Origin: Savitreella phatthalungensis | Taxonomy: Eukaryota | Direction: 5' to 3' | Assembly (NCBI GenBank): GCA_051599415.1 | Contig: AP039694.1 | Location: 62,001 to 126,000 of the forward strand | DNA length: 64,000 nucleotides | In this document: piece by piece, positions 1 through 10,769 of the stretch | Numbering within the stretch: position 1 is the stretch's first letter | How the letters are laid out: each line of letters begins with the position of its first letter | The notes under the pieces: model-generated | Told to the model about the DNA's origin: nothing | Database searches by the model: none | Seen by the model: the letters and a program-made list of their open reading frames with translations, nothing else | Program-made: the position numbers and the translations under genes

Positions 1-1095
1 ACCATTGTGTCGCACCTTTCGCTTGCAAAGCACGTCGAGGGACGCGCTTTTATCGTCGAAGAAAATCGAGGCCGGAGTGGAAGCGCTTCCGATCCTGGCG
101 ATTGTGCTGCTTGATCAATGCTTTGAATGCTTTGACTGTTGACCTTCCCTTTGCTTGGTTGGCAAACAAACCGTTGAAGCACGAGAAAGGAAAGATCAGA
201 GGATTGGGATTTTGAAATCGTGAAACAAACGGACGCCGTTGCCTGACCTGATTCTGCAGGACGGCGCTTCCGTGTTTCAATTCCACGACGACTTGCAAAT
301 CTACTGTGTCCAGTGCTACGGACAAGCTGGTTTCATCGACTCGGTTATACTGATGTATCTCATCATGCATTGTTAGCCTTCGAGCCGCCGGATATCTAAA
401 CACTGTTAAATTCGTCAAATTTTCTATTTGGCTCCCGTCCGACAGATTTCAACCAGTTTCAGATTAAGCATGATCAATTCATTATCAATCTCAGGCGGGA
501 ATGACAAGCCTAGGTGTTCAACAAATCAGGAGTGAAAAGGACAAGACGAAATCACTTCTTCGGGGCTCCCAGGATTCTGCCGCGAGGAAAAAAAGTTCTG
601 GCTCGGGGGGCTATTGGCTATATGTGGTTAGCCGGTCGAATGTACGTGACATGTGAAAAATGCATTGACGGTCAATTGTCATTTGCCGCGTTGACACAGA
701 GTTCACAGTCGCTCCGAGCGGTGTGGGTATGCCGCAAATCTTTCAGTTTTTGACGATCCTCGTTCCTCGGCAGGCAACCGCGCGATAGACATTAGATTTG
801 ATCAACATCAGTGCACGTGGTCAAGACTAGCAGTACGTCTCAGAAAACAACACAATTCAAAGAAATATGCTGGCATATACCATGTGCAATAGGCAGTACG
901 GGTTGCCACAAAGCCTGATCAGCCAGATTGAGCAATACCTGGAACGATGTACAAATTTTATCTGGACGAGTCGGATGCTCTCGGGTCGACATTGCAATGC
1001 TGAACGTCTAAAGCTGGCTCGCGAAGCTGATGATGGGATTTCTAGTCATAGTGCCAACGATTCTTATTAAAATGCGCTGGCTCAGCCGTGTCGCT

Positions 1096-3531
1096 CTAGT
1101 AGCGCTCTGCCATGATGTTGACAATGCAGGACGTCCAACCGGTGAAAGCTTTCGTTCTCTGACCTCGGCCGTCGTCTGGGTTGTATTGTTCGAAGAAAAT
1201 GCCACTTCGCTTCCACTCCTGATAGACCGTTTCGACCACATTTTTCCGCAACTCGCGATAGATCTCCTGTGCTTGCTGTCGATAAGGTCCGTCGATTGCG
1301 ATGTAATTTTTGTACAATGACGACAGTGCCAAGTAGTTGATATTGATCCATATTGGACCGCGCCAATAATCCTCTCCGGTACGATAGTATCGATCGCTCT
1401 TCGCAAGAGAACGCAAGCCATATGGCGTCCAGAGCTGATCTTCATCCCGCATGCTGCTGAGGACATAGCCGAGATTCGGGTGATCTGCAGGTAAGAGACC
1501 AAGTAGCACGGGGAAGAGGGTGACATAGCCGATGTGGCATTCAGAGATTGACTCCTCATATTCATCGATAGTCTGATCGCAGTACGATTTATCGTTCTCA
1601 CTCCAATAGAGTGCGTCCAAGTTTTCGATGATGCCCTTCTCAATCGCGCTCAGCTCGACAAGCTCATCCTCGCGGTTGATGAACTCGGCCATACGACGCA
1701 ACATCCTTGTCATTAGTCCCATCCAAGAATGCAGGTCAACGTGCAATTCACCGATGTGCGGAGGGCGGGCTCGCGGATAGTCGTCTAGGCCGCTGGTCAA
1801 GCAATGTTCAAGGGTCCGTCCCCGCCAGCGATAAGCCTCTCGCGCTTTTGCAGTCCGGTCATAGGCTTTGATCTCGCCTTTCTGCGTTCTTCGAAACCAA
1901 TCGAAATGGCGTCGAAGAACTGGATACAGGTCCTCAATGAGACTATGCACTGAGTCCTCGTTCTCCAGAAATATCGAGTTCGCGACAACGTCCTTGGCGC
2001 TTTCTGTAGCAGTTTCACCATCACAGCAATGCTGGAACTTCGCAATGTATCGACGAGAGGATGATGAACTATGATTCCGCAAGCCCACTTGGTCGATTTG
2101 CTCTAACAAATTGTTGAGAGTGATGAATAGCGTCGGCGGATTCGCGTAATGTGGAAATTGTGTTTGAAATTCACGCGGAACCTTGCTGCGCGCTTCGTCG
2201 CCCAAAATCTGCTCTCGGGCAATCCATCCATCATCATCCACGAGCTTGAACCAAGATTTCACAACGTCGACGACCAGATCAATGTCCCACAGACTTGCCG
2301 GCATCAAATGAAAGCCTTCGTCCCAGTAAAATCCGCGAGGAAAGAAAGGCCTTGAAGGCGTCAGCGTGAAAAGCTCGTATGGGCCGCACTTCTCTGGCTT
2401 TGCGTTTGCCAGCTGTGCTGAAGCAGTCTCCCAGAAGTCATCGTCTTCCTCTGCATACAGCTCGGAATCTGTAGTGTCGACAAGCGCATCTCCCTCGAAG
2501 TAGCCAGTCCCACCAAGCAAGCTTGAGAGCAAAGTTGCGCCGAATTTACGATGATTCGGCGAGTCAAAGGGTGGAGCGAACGTGACGTGCGAGTCAAACT
2601 TGCTTGTGAAGGCCTCTGATCTGCCCTCGATAGCTTCTGTCACAGCCGCCTCGTCGAGCACGGGCATGTCTTTTGAGCTTCCAGACGAATACACCACATC
2701 GAATGCGAAAGGACCGTCAAAAATATACTGTGTAAAGACGAGGCGCACGTTTGATGTCGTCTGATTACGTAGACGGAACATCTCTGCAGAAGGCGGCTGT
2801 TGATCAGGATGGCGAGATAAGTAATCCTGCATATGGCCGCTCATGCCGTGGAAGAGATGTTCTTTTGCTTTCCAGATTGACCCGACTGGCGGGTCAACAG
2901 AATAAGTATGACTGTCTGTTGGCTCAACCTGATTCAATAATAAAACATCCAGTCTGAATTCCCCAAGTCCTGGAGAAGATCCTGACATCCGTGTCTGTCC
3001 TCGAAGCGCGGATTTTTCGAGATGCATATGACCCTCTTCATTGTCAACGCCTGCGTAGAAGAAAATGGCTGTGGTTTGATCAAGATTCGCAAGGTCGAGG
3101 GGTTCTCCGATGACTCTGAGCGCCCAAACGCCTCTCGGATCTGTAGTGCTTGGCAGTTTGACAAAATGGGTAGTCAATCGTACGTTCATCTTAAGATCTT
3201 CGATGATTTGAAGACCTCCGGTGCGATGATCAAATTCCCGCCACCCGTAGCTTCCCATGCTGTCGTCTTGCTCGCATGTATGCCGCAGATCCCTGAACAG
3301 TTCAGGTCTATCCACATTGGACCACATAAGCCCAGCTAGAAAATCGGCGGGCAGTCGAGGCCGAATACCCATATAGAGATTCGGCCTGTAAGGGCCCCAG
3401 AAAAGGGAGGCATTATTACGCGTCTGTGCGGCTAGATAAGCAGACTCCGTGCCCGTAGTGGCAGTCGCATGGCCCAACAACGACCCAAGGACTGCACTGA
3501 AGAGCATAATGAGACTCTGGTAGGACGCCAT
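1096..3531 (-). CDS. CWH41: Mannosyl-oligosaccharide glucosidase I (GH63)
   Basis: 811-aa ORF with an N-terminal hydrophobic segment and GH63 motifs: SLFWGPYRPNLYMG, LRHTCEQ, PSRPFFPRGFYWDEGFH, SGLDDYPR, YWRGPIWININYL, FTGWT. Confidence 0.95.
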   Translation of the reverse strand: MASYQSLIMLFSAVLGSLLGHATATTGTESAYLAAQTRNNASLFWGPYRPNLYMGIRPRLPADFLAGLMWSNVDRPELFRDLRHTCEQDDSMGSYGWREFDHRTGGLQIIEDLKMNVRLTTHFVKLPSTTDPRGVWALRVIGEPLDLANLDQTTAIFFYAGVDNEEGHMHLEKSALRGQTRMSGSSPGLGEFRLDVLLLNQVEPTDSHTYSVDPPVGSIWKAKEHLFHGMSGHMQDYLSRHPDQQPPSAEMFRLRNQTTSNVRLVFTQYIFDGPFAFDVVYSSGSSKDMPVLDEAAVTEAIEGRSEAFTSKFDSHVTFAPPFDSPNHRKFGATLLSSLLGGTGYFEGDALVDTTDSELYAEEDDDFWETASAQLANAKPEKCGPYELFTLTPSRPFFPRGFYWDEGFHLMPASLWDIDLVVDVVKSWFKLVDDDGWIAREQILGDEARSKVPREFQTQFPHYANPPTLFITLNNLLEQIDQVGLRNHSSSSSRRYIAKFQHCCDGETATESAKDVVANSIFLENEDSVHSLIEDLYPVLRRHFDWFRRTQKGEIKAYDRTAKAREAYRWRGRTLEHCLTSGLDDYPRARPPHIGELHVDLHSWMGLMTRMLRRMAEFINREDELVELSAIEKGIIENLDALYWSENDKSYCDQTIDEYEESISECHIGYVTLFPVLLGLLPADHPNLGYVLSSMRDEDQLWTPYGLRSLAKSDRYYRTGEDYWRGPIWININYLALSSLYKNYIAIDGPYRQQAQEIYRELRKNVVETVYQEWKRSGIFFEQYNPDDGRGQRTKAFTGWTSCIVNIMAERY

Positions 3532-4173
3532 CAGATCAATACATTGTCGATACCTTCCCGATCGTGCAGCTCACGTACCCAAAGACTTATGGATCAAGAC
3601 GAGCGCGTATGTTTCAACATCAGAAACCGTGATAAAGATCACATCTTTTGCGATACGCGCGTGTACAGTACCTACAGTCAGTCCTTGGAGTTCAAGCCAT
3701 TTACAGCTTCTGTACATAAATTACTCAATTACGCATACTAATTAATATTGATATGTTCAATTGTACGTGGTCGATTGGTGTGCGTCCATGATCGATTCTA
3801 CCATGTGACTGACCACCGCATTTGTTCTGATATTCGATCAAAGTCGACAGGCTTGATATCTCGACGAGACAAGATGTATGACATATGCATTGAATCCTCA
3901 TGAGATATATTCCATTTAATAATTTATTTTTAATGGTCGGATGCAGAATCTTCATACGTACATATGTATATGCATACCAAGACCGACCTGTCCGTGTTTC
4001 AACTACGAGAGATCAATTTTGTGCGCTTTGCGAGGATCGCAGATCTGGAGAAATATCACGTGTGCCATTGTCGTTTTTGAGATCTTCTCGGTGTTCGAAT
4101 TTCATTGTTGACATGTAAACAGTCGAGGTGTGACGCAGTGGAAAGAGTACGCGCTCAACAGCACCGATTTAGC

Positions 4174-5733
4174 ATGGCACGTTGTGGCGAGGATTCTACT
4201 GAAGCCAACGTAACTGTAGTCGTACGTGTGCGCCCACTGAGTGCACGAGAAGTTGCTCGGGAACAAGCAACACTTATTAGAGTAGATCCTCTGGGTCATT
4301 CCACGACGGTCTTGACTCCACCGCTTCTCCCAGATCAGCAAGGCAGGACCGGTCGTCGCAGGGCCGAGCCTGCGCGCACTTTCACATTCGACCATTGTCT
4401 CGATTCATTGACTCGCAGTGCACCTCAATATGCCTCGCAGCAGAAACTTTATGACGCGCTTGGCAGAACACACATCGACCATGCCTTGAAAGGGTACAAC
4501 TGCTGCATATTTGCTTACGGCCAAACAGGGAGTGGCAAAACTCACAGTATGATCGGAACAGAGACAGAACCTGGGCTGATACCGCAGATTTGCACTTGTC
4601 TTTTCGAAACGGTAAGAGCCAATCCGGAGAGCTTCGAGGTCTATGTGTCTTACTACGAGATCTACAATGAAGCTGCCACAGACCTGCTTCTGCCACGAGC
4701 TCGAAAGTCTCAAGGACCAGAAAAGCGACTGAAGATCCGTGAAGCCCCTGACACGGGTCCATATCTTGAAAGCCTGAGCGAGTTCAAGGTTCAGACCGCT
4801 CAGGACGTCCAAGCATTCATGGACGTCGGCAATGCCGCTCGGCGTACGGCGAGCACAAAGATGAACGATACTAGCTCTCGATCTCACGCAATCTTCACGC
4901 TCACGATCCGTAAGACAGGCGACGCTTCTGTGACAACGTCGCGATTCAGGCTGGTTGATCTAGCCGGATCCGAGCGGGCCTCAGCGACTGGCGCCACCGG
5001 TGAGCGATTGCGGGAAGGTGCCAACATCAACAAGTCCTTAACAACGCTCGGTCGAGTCATTGCAATGCTGGCTGATAAGAAAGCTCAGGGCGTCGTGCCA
5101 TACAGGGATTCAATTCTTACATGGCTGTTGAGCGACAGTCTTGGAGGTAACAGTAAGACCGCTATGCTCGCCTGTATATCGCCTGTGGACTATGAGGAGA
5201 CCCTGACGACTCTGCGATACGCGAATGCCGTCAAGCGAATCGCCACAAAAGCCGTTGTCAACACCTTATCAGAGCAGCATCAGACGGCTGCGCTTGATGC
5301 ACAATTGCGCGAGACGATGCAGCTCCTGGAGGTAACGAAGCGAGAGAATGCAGAATTGCTGATTTTCGAAAAGCAGACGCGGACACTCAGGGAGCTTTTG
5401 GATGCCATCAATGCAAAATCAAATGCACAAATTGGCAGGCTCGAACGAGAGAATGAAGCGCTGCGAACGCATCTAAGATTGGCTGTTGAGGCCCTGCGCA
5501 ACCCATTTCATGTGACTCCCGATCTGTCCGATCACGGGAGCGATAGTTCCGATTTCTCCGAGGACGATGGCTGGCCGCAGGCTTCGTACAAACCCGACTC
5601 GAAATTATCGACGGTCATATCATCGACCAGCACAGATTTGATCAGCCTAGCTACGCAAATCAATGACCTTGCGACAGATACGCAAAGCTGGCGAGAGTCG
5701 ATTTCAATGGGTTCGGGGCTACAATTCCAATGA
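4174..5733 (+). CDS. Kinesin motor protein, short kinesin-3-like with coiled-coil tail
   Basis: Motifs VVVRVRP, YGQTGSGKT (P-loop), SSRSHAIF, LVDLAGSER, VPYRDS. First ATG is at 4174; the ORF track starts at a TTG at 4105. Confidence 0.9.
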   Translation: MARCGEDSTEANVTVVVRVRPLSAREVAREQATLIRVDPLGHSTTVLTPPLLPDQQGRTGRRRAEPARTFTFDHCLDSLTRSAPQYASQQKLYDALGRTHIDHALKGYNCCIFAYGQTGSGKTHSMIGTETEPGLIPQICTCLFETVRANPESFEVYVSYYEIYNEAATDLLLPRARKSQGPEKRLKIREAPDTGPYLESLSEFKVQTAQDVQAFMDVGNAARRTASTKMNDTSSRSHAIFTLTIRKTGDASVTTSRFRLVDLAGSERASATGATGERLREGANINKSLTTLGRVIAMLADKKAQGVVPYRDSILTWLLSDSLGGNSKTAMLACISPVDYEETLTTLRYANAVKRIATKAVVNTLSEQHQTAALDAQLRETMQLLEVTKRENAELLIFEKQTRTLRELLDAINAKSNAQIGRLERENEALRTHLRLAVEALRNPFHVTPDLSDHGSDSSDFSEDDGWPQASYKPDSKLSTVISSTSTDLISLATQINDLATDTQSWRESISMGSGLQFQ

Positions 5734-5941
5734 CATAAGTTCCAGGTTTCGTTCGTATCAAGCGCTACGGCCGATATGAGTCGTTTCCGACAGTCCGCCG
5801 TTGCTGTCGGTCTCGTTGTCCTACGAGAAGCAAGTCCCTGCCAGCAGAGAATTACTCGGGCGCCCACAGCATGACTTTGCCTGACAAGGTCATAAGGCGG
5901 GGAGATTATGTCGGTTTCCAAGTGCAAGCACGGCGATCGCC

Positions 5942-7015
5942 TCAGTATGAGCCTGGTACATTGTTGATCATCCACTGACCTTCATCCCCAAGACGAACCA
6001 TATCAGGCATGCCGGTCAGAAGATCTGAGGGAAGCCACATGGCTGGATCCCATACAGTGTAGAGAACCTCGTTTGGGTAGTTGCCACTGACGAGAAATGC
6101 GTCAGCGGCCGCCGATTGTGAGGGCGACCATGTTTGATGCAGCAGCGGCATTGCAATCTCAGCAGGCTCCGACTGGACGTGGTTGAGATGACGATCGTTT
6201 GGCACGATCGTGCCCCGATTCTGGCCCAAGGGCTCATCTTCTTGTGACAGCCATCCGATTTGTGCTCCCATCTCAGTTGGCTCGCCCGCACCAAAAATCG
6301 CCCGATTGTCGACATGCTCGTAGTGCATAGTCGTGTTGAGATCAAACTGCGCTTGCGGGAGCTGGTACACGAGACAGCCATTTGCGTCATCCACGAAGAC
6401 ATGCTGACTATAATGAGCGAAGCGAGCATCTCTCGCAATGTCTTGGTCTCCTGCCCCAGCAATATACTCCATGGATGGTGTAACCACTCTGGAGTAGGCT
6501 TCTGATGACGCGATTGGCCTCAAATTGTTGTCGGATTGATTCGGTAGCTCTTCCTGCGTGCCTTTCACTAGGCCTTCGTTTGCTGATCTGAGGGGTCGAT
6601 ACGCGAGCTCGTCCTCGAGATCACGAGATTCAGACTGGGCTGGCTGCGCTCTCAGTGCGTTCAGAGTGCGATGACGCGGGTTAGGCTTCTTCTTAGGTTG
6701 GAACTTGTATCCGGGGTAGAGTTCCTGGTGTTTCCGTCGTTCTGACTGAGCCAGGCGATCATAAAAAAGCTTAACTTCCGCGGTCTCGTTTCGCCACATC
6801 TCACCAATTATTTTCGAAATGCTTTGATGATTGTTCGAGTCCACATGATGCTGTTTATCCTTTCGATAGAGCATGAACGAATTGAGGGGACGCTTCACTG
6901 CTGGATCGTCCTGCGATGGCAGTGTCGCTTGACTACTGGAGATGGACCTACGTCTGGATTCGATTGGAAAGTCGTATCGTCTCTGACCAGAGGGTGATGT
7001 ATATGGAGCTGCCAT
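5942..7015 (-). CDS. ste11: HMG-box transcription factor, probable orthologue of fission-yeast Ste11
   Basis: HMG box VKRPLNSFMLYRKDKQ...NHQSISKIIGEMWRNE...YPGYKFQPKK. The KRPLNSFMLYR, NHQSIS and WRNE blocks match S. pombe Ste11 as I recall it. Confidence 0.8.
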   Translation of the reverse strand: MAAPYTSPSGQRRYDFPIESRRRSISSSQATLPSQDDPAVKRPLNSFMLYRKDKQHHVDSNNHQSISKIIGEMWRNETAEVKLFYDRLAQSERRKHQELYPGYKFQPKKKPNPRHRTLNALRAQPAQSESRDLEDELAYRPLRSANEGLVKGTQEELPNQSDNNLRPIASSEAYSRVVTPSMEYIAGAGDQDIARDARFAHYSQHVFVDDANGCLVYQLPQAQFDLNTTMHYEHVDNRAIFGAGEPTEMGAQIGWLSQEDEPLGQNRGTIVPNDRHLNHVQSEPAEIAMPLLHQTWSPSQSAAADAFLVSGNYPNEVLYTVWDPAMWLPSDLLTGMPDMVRLGDEGQWMINNVPGSY

Positions 7016-8169
7016 CGCGCGCGAAGACCAGCAGTTCTCGTGTCAAGACCTTCCAGACCTCGTTATCTCCTTAATGCATCGAAGCGCTTGAAGCTCTACG
7101 AGATGGTCGCGTGTGCTGATGTGCGGTGCGAAAAATAGTCTTTGGAAGACAACGTAATCTCTCGTATGCGCAAACTATCGTGAGTATGTCAGTCCTTTAT
7201 GTTGTCGCGAGAAGCCGAAAGCTACTCAGTCTTCGCGTTGCGATGTGACACTCATGTTGCGGACGTGTAGCCGTCCGGTGCACTGCTGCGTCGTTGGAGC
7301 CCCCGATGATGCCCTCGATGCTTGCAACTGTACAATCTCGCTGACTTGACCTTGCCGTAGGGATGATCAATCGCGGCATGGACCCTTTGATGGACACACT
7401 GAAGCCTCTCACCGATCAAAGACACTGTGAGTGGGGGCCACCACGATAATCTTGATGGCATGAGCCTGTTCGGGAAATTGACAAAGGTGACCGAGAGACA
7501 AAACGACAAGGAAGACTGCTTGGCCGCTATGAGCTGAACCCAGAATCCTGGCTACTTTGTTCGCCGATCACAGACAAAGGAAGGCGCGGGGGCAAAAAGC
7601 CGCCCCAGGGTTCATATGTCAGAGAGAATGCTTTTACGCTGACGTCTTTTATCCCTTCCATATTGGGCTCTGTGACCTGGCTGCAGCAGTCCAAGGGAAC
7701 TCAGTTTACAAAGTTTTTACCTGTCGTGTGAGTGGGTCATACAAAGCGATTCATCAGACCTGGAGGACTCTCAGCTTTGGAATTGCCCCGTTTTGCAGGG
7801 ACGATTTAATGCTATTCGCTCTAGAAAATGGTTCGGAATGATATGCCGAACGTCAGTCTTGTGGCGGAGATATTTCAGGTATATCCAGGTTTCAATGTAT
7901 GGTTGATCTGCAAAAACTCCCCGAAATGTGACCAGCCCTCCAAGTCAGAGGCGTTTAAAATCCTTACAATAACGTCTGTGCGCTCGAATCCATCCAGTCG
8001 GTCTCAGCCTATTGCAGGTATAGTCAAGGTAACCAGGATCAGACCACTGGAGTGGTAATGCATCATTGTGCGCTAACGTGACTTGAAAGTCCACCCAAAC
8101 TATTTGGAATCAATCTTACCGACGGCCGGAAAAAAGGCCGAAACCGAGATCTGGATTCGGTGCCACGGA

Positions 8170-8246
8170 GAACAAAGAATCCTTCACACAATGATGACCA
8201 ATGAAAATGCGCAAGGAGATCCACAAAGCGCAATATGTCGGAGGGG
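8170..8246 (-). promoter_or_regulatory. Candidate TR-box (TTCTTTGTTC, 8170-8179) and STREP element (CCCCTC, 8241-8246) upstream of the ste11-like gene
   Basis: On the + strand GAACAAAGAA lies at 8170-8179 and GAGGGG at 8241-8246. Read on the gene strand these match the S. pombe Ste11 (TTCTTTGTTY) and Rst2 (CCCCTC) sites. Confidence 0.45.
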
Positions 8247-8697
8247 TAGTCTCGCAAGTCCCTCAAGCAGACTTACCAAGGTCATGCATGGCATACATAG
8301 CTCCAACGGGATGACGAACTCGGCCGAACATCTGATAACCTAAAGAGCCTGACGCTTTCAGTATTCAGGCGAAGCAGAGTAAAATGTGGAAGCGAGCTCG
8401 GTAAGGAGCATCTTCGTCCCCTAAAAAGGCTTCCTTAGGGCTCGTCAACGACGTCGGAAGGCATGCTGCCAGGAAAGCCTTGGGAATGCTGGACGCGATG
8501 AAGGACCATCACGCTTCTGTGCGAAGCACATCTTTTCATGCCAATCGCGAGGTTAAATCATCCGAGGAAAGGCAGTTCACTTGCGCGTACTCCTCACTTG
8601 TCAAGACTTGCCGAATTGATGCGAGAGGCCGCGTATCACTGGTCTTCTCTGATCTCTGGGCTGCGGTGTCCGCACACTGAACCGATGGGAGCTGACG

Positions 8698-9540
8698 TCA
8701 AACTTCAAAAGAGGTCAAATAATAGGTAACCATAGCCTCTTCATCATGCTCGTGCACGTTGAAGTAGAGAAGCAGACTGCTATCCCTCAGAAAACAAAGA
8801 ATCAACCTGTGGGACAACTGTGCGACACGCATTGCTGCACAGAACTCCCTACTGCCGATGCTGAGCCTGACGTTGCTCACATTGGACGACGAAACATCAA
8901 ATTCTTCATCGCGATCAGAAACCATCGCCGGGTTCATGAGGTTAGAAAATTTCGTGGTTACCTCGACGGACGGTGTTGCTATCCCAATCAAGAGATCCCC
9001 GTGCGGTCCCGCCTCGATGTATAGCTTGTCTGATATGTTCCTGAGCCCCGTGGCAACCTGAGCAACGTATAGCGCGCTCGGCGCCATAATCATCACATCT
9101 GGTGTCGCAAGCTGAGGCTCGGTCCACTGAGATGCATAATCCTTGGCTATCACACGGACAGGCAGGTCATGCGTGATAGTCGTTTTGCTCTCGGGGCCCT
9201 GCAATTCAGTCATCGTTGTGAAGCTAAGCATAGGCGCGCCAGAGCGTTTGCTCAATTTGACCGAAATGTGGAAAGATGAGCTGATTTGTCTTAGTAGCTT
9301 GCTGAGCAGGTCAGCATTGAGCTCAAGAATGATGTTGTCGTCCGCATTCGACTCTATGTTGATGTCTGTGAAGACTAGCTCACACGGCAGAGATGCCCAC
9401 ACTTGCATTCTAGCATTGCGGGACATAATTCGAACCATTTCTCTGCAGAGCTGCAACCGACACAGCTTGTTGACCTGGGACACAGCATAGAAAAGCCCGC
9501 CGAGCAGCACGGCCTCGGCCACGTTGGCGCGGAATCTCAT
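8698..9540 (-). CDS. hus1: 9-1-1 checkpoint clamp subunit Hus1
   Basis: 280 aa; starts MRFRA; contains QVW...F...IES.ADDNI.LE, ITHDLPVRV and PDVMI; ends TYYL. This is the usual Hus1 pattern. Confidence 0.85.
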   Translation of the reverse strand: MRFRANVAEAVLLGGLFYAVSQVNKLCRLQLCREMVRIMSRNARMQVWASLPCELVFTDINIESNADDNIILELNADLLSKLLRQISSSFHISVKLSKRSGAPMLSFTTMTELQGPESKTTITHDLPVRVIAKDYASQWTEPQLATPDVMIMAPSALYVAQVATGLRNISDKLYIEAGPHGDLLIGIATPSVEVTTKFSNLMNPAMVSDRDEEFDVSSSNVSNVRLSIGSREFCAAMRVAQLSHRLILCFLRDSSLLLYFNVHEHDEEAMVTYYLTSFEV

Positions 9541-9843
9541 TTGTGCCTACGAGACCGCGTGCAATCGACCGATCGATCCCGCTAGATGTCCGACTCTCTA
9601 ACAGATTCCGGTTCTGCCATAAGCTCTCTAGCATCTCTTTCGCTTGTCTTCATAGAGTACGGCGTGATGTCCACGAGAACCTCATGTCCACGTTTTTTGT
9701 CAACGTCGCATTGCTGTATCTTTAGAACTGCATTTTACAGCTCGACCCCATGCATGTAAGATTAGAGACGAGGCGGAACCGTGTTTGATACACGAAATAA
9801 TCTTTCATTGCGCTAGACTATGTAACCCCTAGTTGGAGATTTG

Positions 9844-10769
9844 ATGCCACGCTTGCAGCCAGCTATCAGCCGCAGCCTATCGCAAGCCTTACGGCTCATC
9901 TTGCCTGCGGTCGGTGGAGACGTATGCGCAGCGAGGCGGGAGCTTCGCTGGTTGAAGGACGCCTTGAATGCCGGTGAGATCGTTGGACATGGACAAAATC
10001 ATAAAAGCCTAATTGCTCTTTGTCGTCGGAGATCGCGCCTCGAACCGCTGCAGTATATCCTCGGTAGGTTCATGCAAGTGCTATCCGAATGAAGCTGACG
10101 TAATCCGAAGGTACCACATTTTTCGGACCTGTAGAGCTTTTCACCCAGAAAGGTGTACTTATTCCTCGATGGGAGACATCCGAGTGGATCGAGTATGTGT
10201 CACAGATTCTGCCCAAAGGTCAGAACCTCAGAATTATCGATCTATGCTGCGGATCAGGATGCGCAGGCTTACTGTTGCTCCATTTGCTCCGGGATCACAG
10301 CACCCTCTTAGGCATCGACATCTCCGCTGCTGCCCTGCACCTCTCCGAGAGGAATAGAGCACGCTTGCGCATTAGCTCGGAGCGGTGTGCCTTTGAGCTG
10401 CATGATGTCCAAAGCCCTGAGACGAGGAGCCAGACCGATGCTGCTGATGTAGTCATCGCAAATCCGCCGTATATCGCGCATAATGATAGGTCCCTATCCC
10501 TATCAGTCCGCAGATGGGAGCCTATGAAGGCACTAGTTGCTAGAGACGATGGCGATGAGCTTATACACAGTATCATCAAAACTTGCATGGCGAGTGAGAA
10601 ACTACGACTGCTAGTCGTCGAAATAGGTTCCACTGCACAAGCTCATCGTGCGACCGCCCTTGCGAATCGACGCTGGCTAACGAGAGTGTGGTTCGATTCA
10701 GCTGGCGCTGCTCGTTGCGTGATTTTTCAGAGACTGCCTCAGACTGCTGGGCGACATCGCTGGAGGTGA
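9844..10769 (+). CDS. MTQ1: HemK/PrmC-family release-factor glutamine methyltransferase, probably mitochondrial; two exons, intron 10064-10110
   Basis: Splicing out a 47-nt GTAGGT...GCTGAC...AAG intron gives [37 protein letters not shown] (SAM binding) and NPPY lie downstream. Confidence 0.88.

Noticed and set aside
50..418. 122-aa minus-strand ORF
   Set aside because: No recognisable motif. It may be leader or intergenic sequence of a gene beyond the window edge.
5942..7015. HMG gene considered as a mating-type (matMc/MAT1-2) locus
   Set aside because: The box resembles Ste11 more closely, and I recognised no other mat genes nearby.
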